Below, piece by piece: positions 44,362-53,460 of a DNA stretch of 64,000 bases. This stretch comes from Syntrophales bacterium (GTDB lineage Bacteria; Desulfobacterota; Syntrophia; Syntrophales; UBA5619): NCBI GenBank assembly GCA_023229765.1, contig JALNYO010000010.1, positions 40,003-104,002 on the forward strand, given 5' to 3'. The position numbers were made by a program, and so were the translations under genes. Each line of letters starts with the position of its first letter. Positions within the stretch are counted from its first letter, which is position 1. The notes under the pieces are model-generated. The model was not told the DNA's origin. It did not search any database and was given only the letters and a program-made list of their open reading frames with translations.

Positions 44362-45960
44362 TCAAGTCCTTTTTTTATATTCCGCATCCAACGCCTCTTT
44401 TGCCGGTTTTACATAAAAATCCCGTAGTTTGGGTTTTTCAATCTTACCGGAGGGGTTACGGGGAACAGGGGCAAAAATGATCTTTTCCGGCCATTTGTAT
44501 TTCGCAAAATCACTCTTTTTGCAGAAATCAAGGATCTCGCCTTCGGTTAGCGTTTCGCCTTCTTTGGCCTCGATTACGGCAAAGACAATTTCCACGAGCC
44601 GGACATGGGGGAAGCCCATAACGGCGACGTCCCGCACCTTCGGATGCCTTCTTAGGAAATCCTCGATCTCGACGGGAAAGATGTTTTCTCCCCCCCGGAT
44701 GATGAGATCCTTGGCCCGGTCGGCAAAGAAAATGAACCCCTCCTCATCCTTGTAGGCAAGATCGCCGGTATGGAGCCAGCCGTCAACAATGGTCTTAGCC
44801 GTCATCTCGGGGTTGAAGGCGTATTCCTTCATCAGTCGGGGCCCCTTGAGGAGCAGCTCGCCGATTACTCCCGGCGGAACCTCCTTGTCGTTGCTGTCAA
44901 CAATTCTGATCTCCATAAAGGCGGTAGCCTTGCCGATAGAGCCCGGCTTCTCCAAAAGATGCTCGTCCTGGCAGAGTGCGGTGAACCCTCCCCCCCCTTC
45001 GGTGATTCCATAGGTAATGCCAAACTTGATCTTGGGGAATATTCGCTTGGAATCTTCCAGAAGCACGTGGGGCACCGGCTGGGCGCCCAGCTCTATATGT
45101 TTCAAGGCCGAAAGATCATAGTCTTTAAGGTCAATCTTTCCCGCCTTGATGGCATTAATCAGGTCAGACCAGGTGGGAACGGTATTGAATCCCCCCGTGC
45201 ATTTTTCTTCTGCCAGGGATCTTATGTAATACTCCGGTTTAAACTCCATCGGCATCAGTATTTTGCCGGCGGCGATGTAAGAGGGGAATGAATGGAAGAG
45301 CGAACCGCTGTGATAGAAAGGATGAGGTGTAAGATAAACGCTGTAATAGCCGTCGTTTAAGGAAAGGCCGTTGCCTATCCCTGTAAAGAAAAGGCTTTTA
45401 TGGGTATGGGAGACCGGCTTCGGCGCCCCGGTGGTGCCGGAGGTAAACATCAGCTCCGCCATGTCGTCGTCGGCCGTTTCCACGCAAATCTCTGTGCTGT
45501 CGCCCTTTTCCGCTATCTCCCGATAGGAGATCATCCCCTCCGGGACGTTGTCGCCGAGGCAGATGAAATATTTGCAGTAGTCCATTTCCTTCATGAGGGG
45601 CTGAATTTTCGGCAGGAAAACCTCATCGAAGATGAAGACCCTGCATTTGGCGACGTCGGCGGCATACTTGATATCGCCGCTCGCGAAGCGGAAGTTCAAA
45701 GGGGTCACCGTCGTTCCTGTCTTTAATACCCCGATGTAGCTTGCGTGCCATTCTATCGAGTTCATCATCAGGTGCAGGACGATGTCGCCTTTTTTAATGC
45801 CGCAGTTTTTCAGCAGGTAATTGGCAATCCGGTTGGCCTGCTCGTTGTACTGCCGCCAGGTGAAGCTTCTCCGGAAATTCCGGGAAGGATAACTCTCGAT
45901 AATGAATTCTCTTTCCGGAAATTTACTCGCGTTCAATCCTGAAAATGTTGCAAGATTCAA
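44362..45960 (-). CDS. AMP-forming acyl/aryl-CoA ligase
   Basis: 532 aa with adenylate-forming motifs FTSGTTGAPKPVSHTH, YGITEGGG, GWLHTGDL and the C-terminal PRNPSGKIEK. The context suggests an aromatic acid substrate. Confidence 0.85.
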   Translation of the reverse strand: MNLATFSGLNASKFPEREFIIESYPSRNFRRSFTWRQYNEQANRIANYLLKNCGIKKGDIVLHLMMNSIEWHASYIGVLKTGTTVTPLNFRFASGDIKYAADVAKCRVFIFDEVFLPKIQPLMKEMDYCKYFICLGDNVPEGMISYREIAEKGDSTEICVETADDDMAELMFTSGTTGAPKPVSHTHKSLFFTGIGNGLSLNDGYYSVYLTPHPFYHSGSLFHSFPSYIAAGKILMPMEFKPEYYIRSLAEEKCTGGFNTVPTWSDLINAIKAGKIDLKDYDLSALKHIELGAQPVPHVLLEDSKRIFPKIKFGITYGITEGGGGFTALCQDEHLLEKPGSIGKATAFMEIRIVDSNDKEVPPGVIGELLLKGPRLMKEYAFNPEMTAKTIVDGWLHTGDLAYKDEEGFIFFADRAKDLIIRGGENIFPVEIEDFLRRHPKVRDVAVMGFPHVRLVEIVFAVIEAKEGETLTEGEILDFCKKSDFAKYKWPEKIIFAPVPRNPSGKIEKPKLRDFYVKPAKEALDAEYKKRT

Positions 45961-45982
45961 TGTCGTTCCTCCCTTATCAGCC

Positions 45983-46008
45983 GAGGCGGGTGTGAAACCC
46001 GCCCCTAC
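45983..46008 (-). repeat. REP-like element (GTAG + palindrome), copy 2
   Basis: The minus strand reads GTAGGGGCGGGTTTCACACCCGCCTC, with stem GGCGGG/CCCGCC. It lies in the iorB/CoA-ligase intergenic gap. Confidence 0.45.
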
Positions 46009-46024
46009 ATTTTATAATATGTCG

Positions 46025-46624
46025 TTAATGAATAGCGCCGGAGCTTACGGCATAGCCCAGATCAAAGGCCTTGAGGTTCATTTCCAGAAAGGCCTTCTTT
46101 GTTTTTTCGCTGATCGTCTGTTTCAGCATGTCCGCCGAGACGGGTATCAGCCCGGTTCCGGCCAGAGCGCCCAGCATCACCATGTTAAGACTCAATAAAG
46201 TTCCCGCTTGGCGAGCCAGACTCGAGGCGTCGAAGGCGATGTTTTTCCTAACCTGCGCGCCGATCAGGTTCATCGTTTCCTCAACCGGCGGATAGACGCC
46301 CATGCCGATTGCCACGGTGAAGGGGGGCAAAGGCGCGGTGTTGGAAAGGACTATAGAGTCTTTATTGCATTTTCCAATGGCTCTTAGGGTTTCCAGCGGT
46401 TCAAAACTAACCAGGATATCCGCTTCGCCTGGGGAGATTATATTGCTTTGCGCTTTGCCCAGCAGGATGGAGGATTCTACAACCCCGCCCCTTTGCGCCA
46501 TCCCGTGAATTTCGCTGATCTGCACAGGCACCTCATGCGCCAGGGCCGCTTCTCCCAACAGGTGGGAGGCAAGGAGGTTCCCCTGGCCGCCCACGGCAAC
46601 AATGACAATTCTTATCATATCCAT
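46025..46624 (-). CDS. iorB: Indolepyruvate:ferredoxin oxidoreductase beta subunit-type 2-oxoacid oxidoreductase
   Basis: 199 aa. The sequence IVIVAVGGQGNLLASHLLGEAA...MAQRGG is an IorB/PorC-gamma-like signature. It lies 2 nt after iorA. Confidence 0.8.
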   Translation of the reverse strand: MDMIRIVIVAVGGQGNLLASHLLGEAALAHEVPVQISEIHGMAQRGGVVESSILLGKAQSNIISPGEADILVSFEPLETLRAIGKCNKDSIVLSNTAPLPPFTVAIGMGVYPPVEETMNLIGAQVRKNIAFDASSLARQAGTLLSLNMVMLGALAGTGLIPVSADMLKQTISEKTKKAFLEMNLKAFDLGYAVSSGAIH

Positions 46625-46626
46625 TA

Positions 46627-48477
46627 TTATTCTCCTATCTTATTGAGTCTTATGGCATTTTCCGGGCAGACCTGAACGCAGAGCGTACAGCCGATGCAGC
46701 TTGCTTCATCAATTTCCACCTGCTCCCCTTCCAGATAGAACGCCGGGCAGGCCAGCGTATTGAGGCAAACCCGATGATTCTTGCACTTGCTGTGGTCAAC
46801 AAAGTATGACCGTTTTTCCTGTTTTTTGAAGGTCTTTTCATACATGGGGCATATTTCGCGGGAAATGATTACGGAAAGCCCCGGGAAGGCGATGGCCTCC
46901 TTGATTTGCTCCACCGTCTTTTTGAACTTGAACGGTTTGACGACGGTCACATGCTTGACCCCGATGCCGTTCACCAGGGCTTCGATCGAGACGCTCAGGT
47001 TGTTGAAGCCCATATTTTCCATGGCTGTGCCGGGATCAGGCTGAAAGCCGGTCATCGAGGTTGTCCCGTTGTCCATGATGACGACCGTCTGGTTGTGGCC
47101 GTTATGCAAGGCGTTTATCAGCCCCGGGATTCCCGAATGAAAGAAGGTGGAGTCGCCGATGAAGGAGACAACCTTTCTGCCCGTTGCCGTGCCTATGCCG
47201 GAGCCCATGCCGATGCTGGCCCCCATGCAGATGGACAAATCCGACATGCTTAAGGGGGGAAGCACCCCCAGCGTGTAACAGCCGATATCGTTTGTGTAAA
47301 TCGGTTCGTCTCCGCAGGCCTGACGCATGGCGGCATAGGTTGCCCGATGGGGACAGCCGGCGCACAGGTTGGGGGGGCGCTGAGGAATATTGGGGATGTC
47401 GATGTTTACCGCCTCCTTCGTCGGGCACGCTACCCCAAAGTAGGAAGCGATAACCTTGCGCACCATGCTGGGGCTGAATTCATAGGCCCGGGAAAAAAGC
47501 CCGTAGCCCTTCCCCTTGATCGGGATGACGCTGCCGATTTCCTGGGCTTTAACCTTCACCCCCTCTTCCAGATAGGGTTCCAGCTCTTCAACGACCAGAA
47601 TTTTCTCACATTTGGCGATAAAATCCTTGATCAGCCTGTCCGGCAGCGGATGGGAAAAACCGATGCGCAGGACGCTTACCCGGGATGTCAGCGCGAGATC
47701 CTGCAGGGCGTCGCTCACGTAATTGAAGCTTACGCCGCTGGTGATTATCCCCAACTTGCCCTCGCCGGAAACAAAATTGTACGGGGATTGGTCGGATTCC
47801 CCGGCGGCCTTTTCATAATTGGCAAGCAGGACCTTGTGCAATTTCGTCGAAACGCTCGGAATAAGGGTATTTCTCAAGGGTTCCTTCGGAAAAGAGCCTT
47901 TGGAATTTTTCCCGGCGATCGGTCCCAGCGAAATAACCCCGGTGGAATGGTTAATGCGCGTGGTGGTTCTCAGGATAACCGGTTCCTGCAGCATTTCGGA
48001 AAGGTCAAAGGCATAGCGGGCCATCTCTTTGGCTTCGGCAATGGAGGACGGCTCCAGAACCGGCAGGCCGGAGAACTTGCCGTACATGCGGTTATCCTGT
48101 TCGTTTTGGCTGGAAAACATGGAGGGGTCGTCCGCCGAGACAAGGACAAAGCCGCCCTTCACCCCCTCGTAGGCAAGCGACATCAGGAAATCAGCGGCAA
48201 CATTCACGCCGACATGCTTCATGCTGCACATCGCCCGTACCCCTGCAATGGCCGCCGCAGCGGCAACCTCCATGGCGACCATTTCGTTGATGGCGTATTC
48301 GAAATAAACGCCGCTTTCCTTTTGGATTTTGAAAAAGGTGTCCCCGATCTCCGAAGAGGGGGTTCCGGGGTAGCAGGTTGCAACCGCCACGCCCGCCTCG
48401 ATTGCGCCCCGGACAATGGCTTCATTGCCGAGCATCAGCATTTTTTTCTCTGGACTATCCAGCAATAACTCGTTCAT
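46627..48477 (-). CDS. iorA: Indolepyruvate:ferredoxin oxidoreductase alpha subunit-type (TPP, 2x4Fe-4S)
   Basis: 616 aa. The N-terminal LMLGNEAIVRGAIEAGV, the TPP motif GDSTFFHSG and the C-terminal CxxCxxCxxxCP pair (CIGCTLCVQVCP) are all present. Confidence 0.85.
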   Translation of the reverse strand: MNELLLDSPEKKMLMLGNEAIVRGAIEAGVAVATCYPGTPSSEIGDTFFKIQKESGVYFEYAINEMVAMEVAAAAAIAGVRAMCSMKHVGVNVAADFLMSLAYEGVKGGFVLVSADDPSMFSSQNEQDNRMYGKFSGLPVLEPSSIAEAKEMARYAFDLSEMLQEPVILRTTTRINHSTGVISLGPIAGKNSKGSFPKEPLRNTLIPSVSTKLHKVLLANYEKAAGESDQSPYNFVSGEGKLGIITSGVSFNYVSDALQDLALTSRVSVLRIGFSHPLPDRLIKDFIAKCEKILVVEELEPYLEEGVKVKAQEIGSVIPIKGKGYGLFSRAYEFSPSMVRKVIASYFGVACPTKEAVNIDIPNIPQRPPNLCAGCPHRATYAAMRQACGDEPIYTNDIGCYTLGVLPPLSMSDLSICMGASIGMGSGIGTATGRKVVSFIGDSTFFHSGIPGLINALHNGHNQTVVIMDNGTTSMTGFQPDPGTAMENMGFNNLSVSIEALVNGIGVKHVTVVKPFKFKKTVEQIKEAIAFPGLSVIISREICPMYEKTFKKQEKRSYFVDHSKCKNHRVCLNTLACPAFYLEGEQVEIDEASCIGCTLCVQVCPENAIRLNKIGE

Positions 48478-48502
48478 GTTAGCTTTCTCCTTTTTTTATA
48501 TT

Positions 48503-49279
48503 TTAAGCAACGTTCTCTTCGGCTATGATGGCCGCTCCATAAGCCGCCATGATTTGAGGTTCGAGGGGGACGATAAATTCATGCCCCGCTATCTCCTGTA
48601 TGGCCTTGATTAGACCCATATCTTTAGCCCCGCCCCCGATCAATGCGCAATCCTGCTCGATGCCGATCCGTTCCGCAAGGGTATAGAGCTGCGCCGCCAG
48701 GGCCAGATGGATGCCGGCCAGCAGGTCTTCTTTGGCCAGGCCCTCGGCAATTCTCGAGACAGCTTCTGTTTCTGCAAAGACGGCGCACTGCGTATTAAAT
48801 CTGACGGGGTTTTGCGAGGTAAGCGACAAAGGGCCTATTTCCTCAATCTTTACCTGTAAAACCCGCGCAATCACCTGCAGAATTCGGGCGCTTCCCCCCG
48901 CGCATTTGCCGCTCAACAAAAAAGCGACTGTTTTTCCGCTTTGGTCAATCCGGGAGACCTTGCTGGAAAGGTCTCCCACGTCAACAATCGTTCGCACCGA
49001 CGGATGAAAACGGGAAACCGCCCGTCCCTGGCATAAAATATCAGACGAAGTCTTGTCTGCGCAAGCTACATTGACTGCCCCGCCGCCCGTGGCGACTATG
49101 CAGGCGATATCGCCGCGGGAGAGCTCCGCCTTTTTCAGCGCGGCGTCAAGAACAACTTCTGCCGCCATTTTGTAGTTTCCACCCGAGGGGATTATGTGCC
49201 GGGAAAGCAGCTTGCCGTTGGCAACTATAACCGCCTTTGAAGAACCTGCCCCGATATCAATGCCGGCTACGTGCTGCAT
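48503..49279 (-). CDS. BcrA/BcrD/HgdC-family ATPase subunit (BzdQ-like) of an ATP-dependent aryl-CoA reductase
   Basis: 258 aa acetate/sugar-kinase-fold ATPase (GIDIGAGSSKAVIV...GGGAKD). It is the fourth gene in an N-O-P-Q-like order. Confidence 0.75.
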   Translation of the reverse strand: MQHVAGIDIGAGSSKAVIVANGKLLSRHIIPSGGNYKMAAEVVLDAALKKAELSRGDIACIVATGGGAVNVACADKTSSDILCQGRAVSRFHPSVRTIVDVGDLSSKVSRIDQSGKTVAFLLSGKCAGGSARILQVIARVLQVKIEEIGPLSLTSQNPVRFNTQCAVFAETEAVSRIAEGLAKEDLLAGIHLALAAQLYTLAERIGIEQDCALIGGGAKDMGLIKAIQEIAGHEFIVPLEPQIMAAYGAAIIAEENVA

Positions 49280-49303
49280 CCGTCCGGTTTTCCTTCCCCA
49301 ATG

Positions 49304-50164
49304 CTAATTAAAAAACGTTACTTCACCCCAATTGCGGGGTCTTTTCGGCAGTTCCCCGGCAGGCGTCGCCTGGAATTTATCCTTTCCCAGCAGCGCCGCG
49401 CCGATGGCCCCGGTTACCAGCGGCTCCGGGGGAACCAGAACCGCATATCCCAACCTTTCCGCGAGCACCTTCACCAGATGCCCGTTTTTGGCGCCGCCGC
49501 CGGTAACAACAACCTCTTTTTCCACAGCAAGCCGGCTGACTGTACGGAGAATGCGCTCGGCGACCGATTGGTGGATGCCGGCGACCAGATCGCCCAAGAG
49601 CGCTCCTTCGGATAAGCGGGACGCCACCTCCTGGGCGGCAAAAACGGTGCATAAGCTGCTTATCCGTGCCGGGTTTTTGCTTTCCTCGGCAGTTTTGCTC
49701 AGCGCGACCAGCTCTATCCCCAGCGTTCCGGCAATAACCTCCAGAAATCTGCCGGTGCCGGCCGCGCACTTGTCATTCATCACAAAATCGACTGGTTTGC
49801 CCTTGGCGTCTATCTTGATCCCCTTGACATCCTGCCCGCCGATATCGATTATCGTTCTTGCCTGCGGAAAGATACTGTTTACGCCCCGGGCGTGGCAGGA
49901 GATTTCCGTTATCTGCTTGTCCGCGAAAGGCACGTTGATTCTGCCATAGCCGGTAGCGACCAGATAGCTTATTTCCTCAAAGGAAAGGCCGGCCTTCTTC
50001 AAGGCTTCCTGCATTACTTTACCCGCCAGTTTCCTTTGTTCCGGGCCGGTTGGGCCGATCACGGAACATACTATTCCCCCATTAACTATTACTGCCTTGG
50101 TCATGGTAGAGCCGATATCAATGCCGGCGAAATATTTTGAAGATGAAGCCTTGCTTTCTGTCAC
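49304..50164 (-). CDS. Second BcrA/BcrD-family ATPase subunit (BzdP-like)
   Basis: 286 aa paralog of the previous gene (GIDIGSTMTKAVIV...DKCAAGTGRFLE...TGGGAKN). Having two distinct ATPase genes argues for a heterodimeric benzoyl-CoA-reductase-type module rather than a single dehydratase activator. Confidence 0.75.
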   Translation of the reverse strand: MTESKASSSKYFAGIDIGSTMTKAVIVNGGIVCSVIGPTGPEQRKLAGKVMQEALKKAGLSFEEISYLVATGYGRINVPFADKQITEISCHARGVNSIFPQARTIIDIGGQDVKGIKIDAKGKPVDFVMNDKCAAGTGRFLEVIAGTLGIELVALSKTAEESKNPARISSLCTVFAAQEVASRLSEGALLGDLVAGIHQSVAERILRTVSRLAVEKEVVVTGGGAKNGHLVKVLAERLGYAVLVPPEPLVTGAIGAALLGKDKFQATPAGELPKRPRNWGEVTFFN

Positions 50165-51540
50165 GACGCCTCTTTATGGGCCTTCAGCGATTCCAGCGTT
50201 TCGATGAAGGCGTCTATCTTGCTCCTGGTTTCCACCTCGGAGTAGGAGCTCATATCGACGATGTCGCTTTCCAGGATGAGCGAGGGGTTTTCCCTGTTCA
50301 CCGTCTTACCGAGGCTCAAAACCGGGATCGGCCGGTAAATCTTTTTCAATTGGTTCAACTGCCAGATCAGCCCCAGATGCCAGGTTCGGCAGGAAAAAGC
50401 CTCGTGCATGACAATGCCGTCAATCTGATAATCTTCAATATACTGGATTAAACGTTCTACATCCGGCTCCGATCCGGGCCGTTTTTTTGCCTTGTCATAC
50501 CAGTACGTCCAGTAGCGGAGCCATCGCCAGGCGAGTCGCTCAACGGGGTCGCTGGTTCTGGGGATGTTCAGCCGGTCGATGGGCTCAATCATGCGGTATG
50601 TCGTCTCTGCCGGGAAGACCGCCCCTTTGCTGTTGAAATAATTAAAATCGGTAAGCGCAAACCAGGAGGGGAGCCCTCCGCCCCAGAGCAGCCGGTATTT
50701 TTCATCCTCGATGACGCCCTCTTTACGGGCAATTCTTTCCTCCAGCTCCCGGTGCAGATCCAAATAAAAATCATACGCCTCCTGGGTTCCCATCATGAAC
50801 ACCATGGGGACCATCGTGTTCATTGCGTCGCCCGTGTCCATCGGGGTCGGCACAGCCCTTCTTAATTCATAGGTCTCCCAGATCAAATCCCAGGTGCGTT
50901 CGCTCAAGGCAACAATTTCAGCGAGCCGGTCATAGTCCATCTTCCGGCCGGTCTGCTTCTCCAGAAAACTGATCAGTCCGTGCAGTTCCTCCATAATATG
51001 CTTTATATAATAATCGGCGACATCGGCCACTTCGACATTATCCTCGTACAGCGGCCACGGCAGGTCAACATTATAAACGGGGACGTCCGGCATAAACTGC
51101 TGTGCGGCCTGGTACCATTTGTTTCTCGGGTCGCACAGGATCTGGCCGCTCGAAAGCATCATGTCGGGTCTTGTCTGTCCGCCCCAGGGGGCATTGGGAG
51201 GCATGCCGCCGAGCTCTTCGCGCATATGGTCAAAGCCGAGCCCGCACAGCGCATACGTGCATAAAGAGCGGGAAAGTCCCAAAGACTCCGCCCTTTCCAG
51301 GAACCTGTTGACGTCGCGCTTTACGCCGCAGATGCCGGCATAATTCTCCGTCCAGACGGGGACTATGTCCATTGCCCGGATTATCTCATCGTAACTGGAA
51401 CTTATAAAGGTGTAGGCAGACTTTTTTCCTTCCTGCCGGGCCTTCAGGGCGCCGCCGATGGTCGCCTTTACCATGCCGCCGATTCTGCCGGCGGCCGCGG
51501 TTGCTGTCCTTCTTTTCTTTTTCTCCGCTACTTCAGCCAT
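50161..51540 (-). CDS. Benzoyl-CoA reductase/2-hydroxyacyl-CoA dehydratase family large subunit (BzdO/BcrB-like)
   Basis: 459 aa with family-typical segments (DIVPVWTENYAG, SRSLCTYA, ESDIVDMSSYSE...IDAFIETL). Confidence 0.75.
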   Translation of the reverse strand: MAEVAEKKKRRTATAAAGRIGGMVKATIGGALKARQEGKKSAYTFISSSYDEIIRAMDIVPVWTENYAGICGVKRDVNRFLERAESLGLSRSLCTYALCGLGFDHMREELGGMPPNAPWGGQTRPDMMLSSGQILCDPRNKWYQAAQQFMPDVPVYNVDLPWPLYEDNVEVADVADYYIKHIMEELHGLISFLEKQTGRKMDYDRLAEIVALSERTWDLIWETYELRRAVPTPMDTGDAMNTMVPMVFMMGTQEAYDFYLDLHRELEERIARKEGVIEDEKYRLLWGGGLPSWFALTDFNYFNSKGAVFPAETTYRMIEPIDRLNIPRTSDPVERLAWRWLRYWTYWYDKAKKRPGSEPDVERLIQYIEDYQIDGIVMHEAFSCRTWHLGLIWQLNQLKKIYRPIPVLSLGKTVNRENPSLILESDIVDMSSYSEVETRSKIDAFIETLESLKAHKEAS

Positions 51541-51570
51541 TTGTCAGCGCCTCCCCAAAGTGAATCGGCA

Positions 51571-52740
51571 TTACTCAATTACCTCGAGAAACGCCTGAAT
51601 CCTTGTTCTCAGGCTGCCGATGGTACCTGCGGAATACTCATCTTCAATATAGAGAACCGGCACATTCAGCGATTCAAGGTAGGCCTTTCTTGCCGGAATC
51701 TCAAACCCGAAGGGATCGCAGTATTTGTAGATGTAGAGGATTACCCCGTCCACGGCGTAATCCCGGATCAAGGCGCCCATATCGCCGAATCTCGACTCCA
51801 GATCGTCGGCAAAGGTCTCTCCCTCTTTTCGCTCTTTGCAGGTCCGCGGGCAATTTATCCTTTTCAGATAACGATCAGCAATGCCGTCCAGAGGATCAGC
51901 CGTGATCGGCGTTTGCGGCCAGAATTCCCTTGTCCCGATGCAGAGATTGTCCACAACGACATTGGCCCCGCTCTCTTCTATGAGACTCATGAAGGCGGGA
52001 TTGTCTATCGTACTGCCGAAGACCATTATCCGGGGCAGCTTTTTGATGCCGTTTTCCTTTCTCCCGCTGATTTCCTCATGCACTTCAATAAGCAATTGAT
52101 TCGCTTCCTGAACCGGCAAGCTCAAACATGCCAGCAGAATCTTAATCATTTCCGAGCCGGCAAGCAGGGGCGGATCCTGCCTTCTCAACTCGTACAGGGC
52201 CCTTACCTTTCGTCTGTTCTCGTTGTACAGCTCAACATAATGGGCCAGGTCAGAGTCGGATATTTTTTTATTCGCAAATTGTTCCAGGCTTTTGCGGAAA
52301 TTTTCGATATCCGCCCTGAAAAAATCCAGAGAGGAGCCATTGGCGGTATGGGGGACATTAACAAAATGGGAGTAGGGGAAGTCGAGCACATACCGCCAGA
52401 CGCTGTAGGTTCTGGCGATGCTGTCGCAACTGTGGGGGATTGCCAAACCGTCGCAAAAGCTGTACCGGCCCTTCACGGAAACGTCAAAGCAGCTTCTTGC
52501 GTAGGGGCAGGCGATTGTCTCCAGGTTAACGTCGCCTTTGGTAATCGGCTCATTGACGTCGCCCCTTATCCGGAGCGGGATGAAGCCCGCGGCCGCGATG
52601 ATCTCCAAGGGAACGAGGGCGCAGACGTAGGCAATAACCTTTTGCCCCTGCTCCTTCAGCTCTTTTACCCTGACACCATAGTTCCAGTATAATCCCTCCG
52701 CTTTGGATAAGCCATAGCCGGCGATCTTCTCTTCTGACAT
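51571..52740 (-). CDS. Benzoyl-CoA reductase/2-hydroxyacyl-CoA dehydratase family subunit (BzdN/BcrC-like)
   Basis: 389 aa with the sequences VIAYVCALVPLEIIAAAGFIPLRIRG...CPYARSCFD...HSCDSI. It is the first gene of the four-gene operon. Confidence 0.75.
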   Translation of the reverse strand: MSEEKIAGYGLSKAEGLYWNYGVRVKELKEQGQKVIAYVCALVPLEIIAAAGFIPLRIRGDVNEPITKGDVNLETIACPYARSCFDVSVKGRYSFCDGLAIPHSCDSIARTYSVWRYVLDFPYSHFVNVPHTANGSSLDFFRADIENFRKSLEQFANKKISDSDLAHYVELYNENRRKVRALYELRRQDPPLLAGSEMIKILLACLSLPVQEANQLLIEVHEEISGRKENGIKKLPRIMVFGSTIDNPAFMSLIEESGANVVVDNLCIGTREFWPQTPITADPLDGIADRYLKRINCPRTCKERKEGETFADDLESRFGDMGALIRDYAVDGVILYIYKYCDPFGFEIPARKAYLESLNVPVLYIEDEYSAGTIGSLRTRIQAFLEVIE

Positions 52741-52766
52741 AGGTTACCTTTTCCAGTCGCTTCGCT

Positions 52767-52775
52767 TTATGGATA
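52767..52775 (+). promoter_or_regulatory. TTATGGATA motif, site 1 (27-35 nt upstream of the Bzd-like operon start codon)
   Basis: Exact 9-mer shared with sites at 52976, 53131 and 60136. Confidence 0.4.
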
Positions 52776-52956
52776 TGAAGCTTCGCTTGATTACTAATAA
52801 CATTCTCAATATTGGACAACGAATGATGAGAACATGCATAATTCAGTAAACAATTTCACGTAAATTCCGAGTAAGTGGAGAGGCGTGTTCTCAGACGAAA
52901 TCGCTAATGCTTTCTCCCGGGCAGGTGCTGAATGCATGATCATTTTATAGCCATAG

Positions 52957-52984
52957 ATAAGTTTAATGCTGGGACTTATGGATA
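52957..52984 (+). promoter_or_regulatory. ATAAGT-N11-ACTTATGGATA, motif site 2 with dyad symmetry
   Basis: A perfect 6-bp inverted repeat is separated by 11 nt and carries the shared CTTATGGATA. Confidence 0.4.
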
Positions 52985-53119
52985 AATTTTCCTTCCTTGT
53001 CAAGAGCTTTTTTCTTTCAGGATGTTGACTCCACTGACCCCAATGACAGGAATTTGAACGCGCATCATCAGCGCATCTGTTACGGCCTGCCGGACGTCCA
53101 GTTCGGGTGCGCATATTTC

Positions 53120-53139
53120 ATAAGTTTATCTTATGGATA
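53120..53139 (+). promoter_or_regulatory. ATAA-N7-TTATGGATA (LysR T-N11-A type box), motif site 3
   Basis: ATAAGTTTATCTTATGGATA has the same architecture and spacing as the site at 60125-60144. It lies just upstream of a TTGACA box (53157). Confidence 0.45.
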
Positions 53140-53460
53140 TTATAAAAATAATAGCGTTGACAAGGGGATTTTCTCTATAATATAAGGCCAGCCATAGAGG
53201 GATATCCTCAAATCTCAAGAACTGCCACTTTACAACAACAGAATATGATTTTCCGCGTATGCTTTTTACGGGCTATAAAGCATGCGCGGCCTTTTCACAA
53301 TGGAGGATGTTGATAAGTATTTCAGCATGCTGATGATTGGAAATTACAATTATCTGACCATTAGTCGAGGAAGGAGGGGGCAGACAGGTCAATTATGCTG
53401 GCCGCGTAGCGTGGAATTCAGGAGACCGGAACAATTTTTTATAAAAAGGGGGGTTTTATT

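Noticed and set aside
44351-44377. tRNA T-arm-like string GTTCAAGTCC followed by a T-run.
   Set aside because: The flanking bases cannot form a T-stem or acceptor stem. The string is the last codons plus the stop of the CoA-ligase gene on the minus strand.
47347-52692. Plus-strand ORFs 47347-48468 (373 aa), 49332-49949 and 51541-52692 (383 aa) inside the iorA and Bzd-like genes.
   Set aside because: They are antisense to genes with clear TPP, FeS, ATPase and dehydratase-family signatures. Their own translations are low-complexity.
53157-53186. TTGACA...TATAAT pair upstream of the PpsA-like gene.
   Set aside because: The perfect TATAAT is only 13 nt from the TTGACA, which is too short. An alternative TATAAG at 18 nt is possible but weak, so I do not report a promoter.
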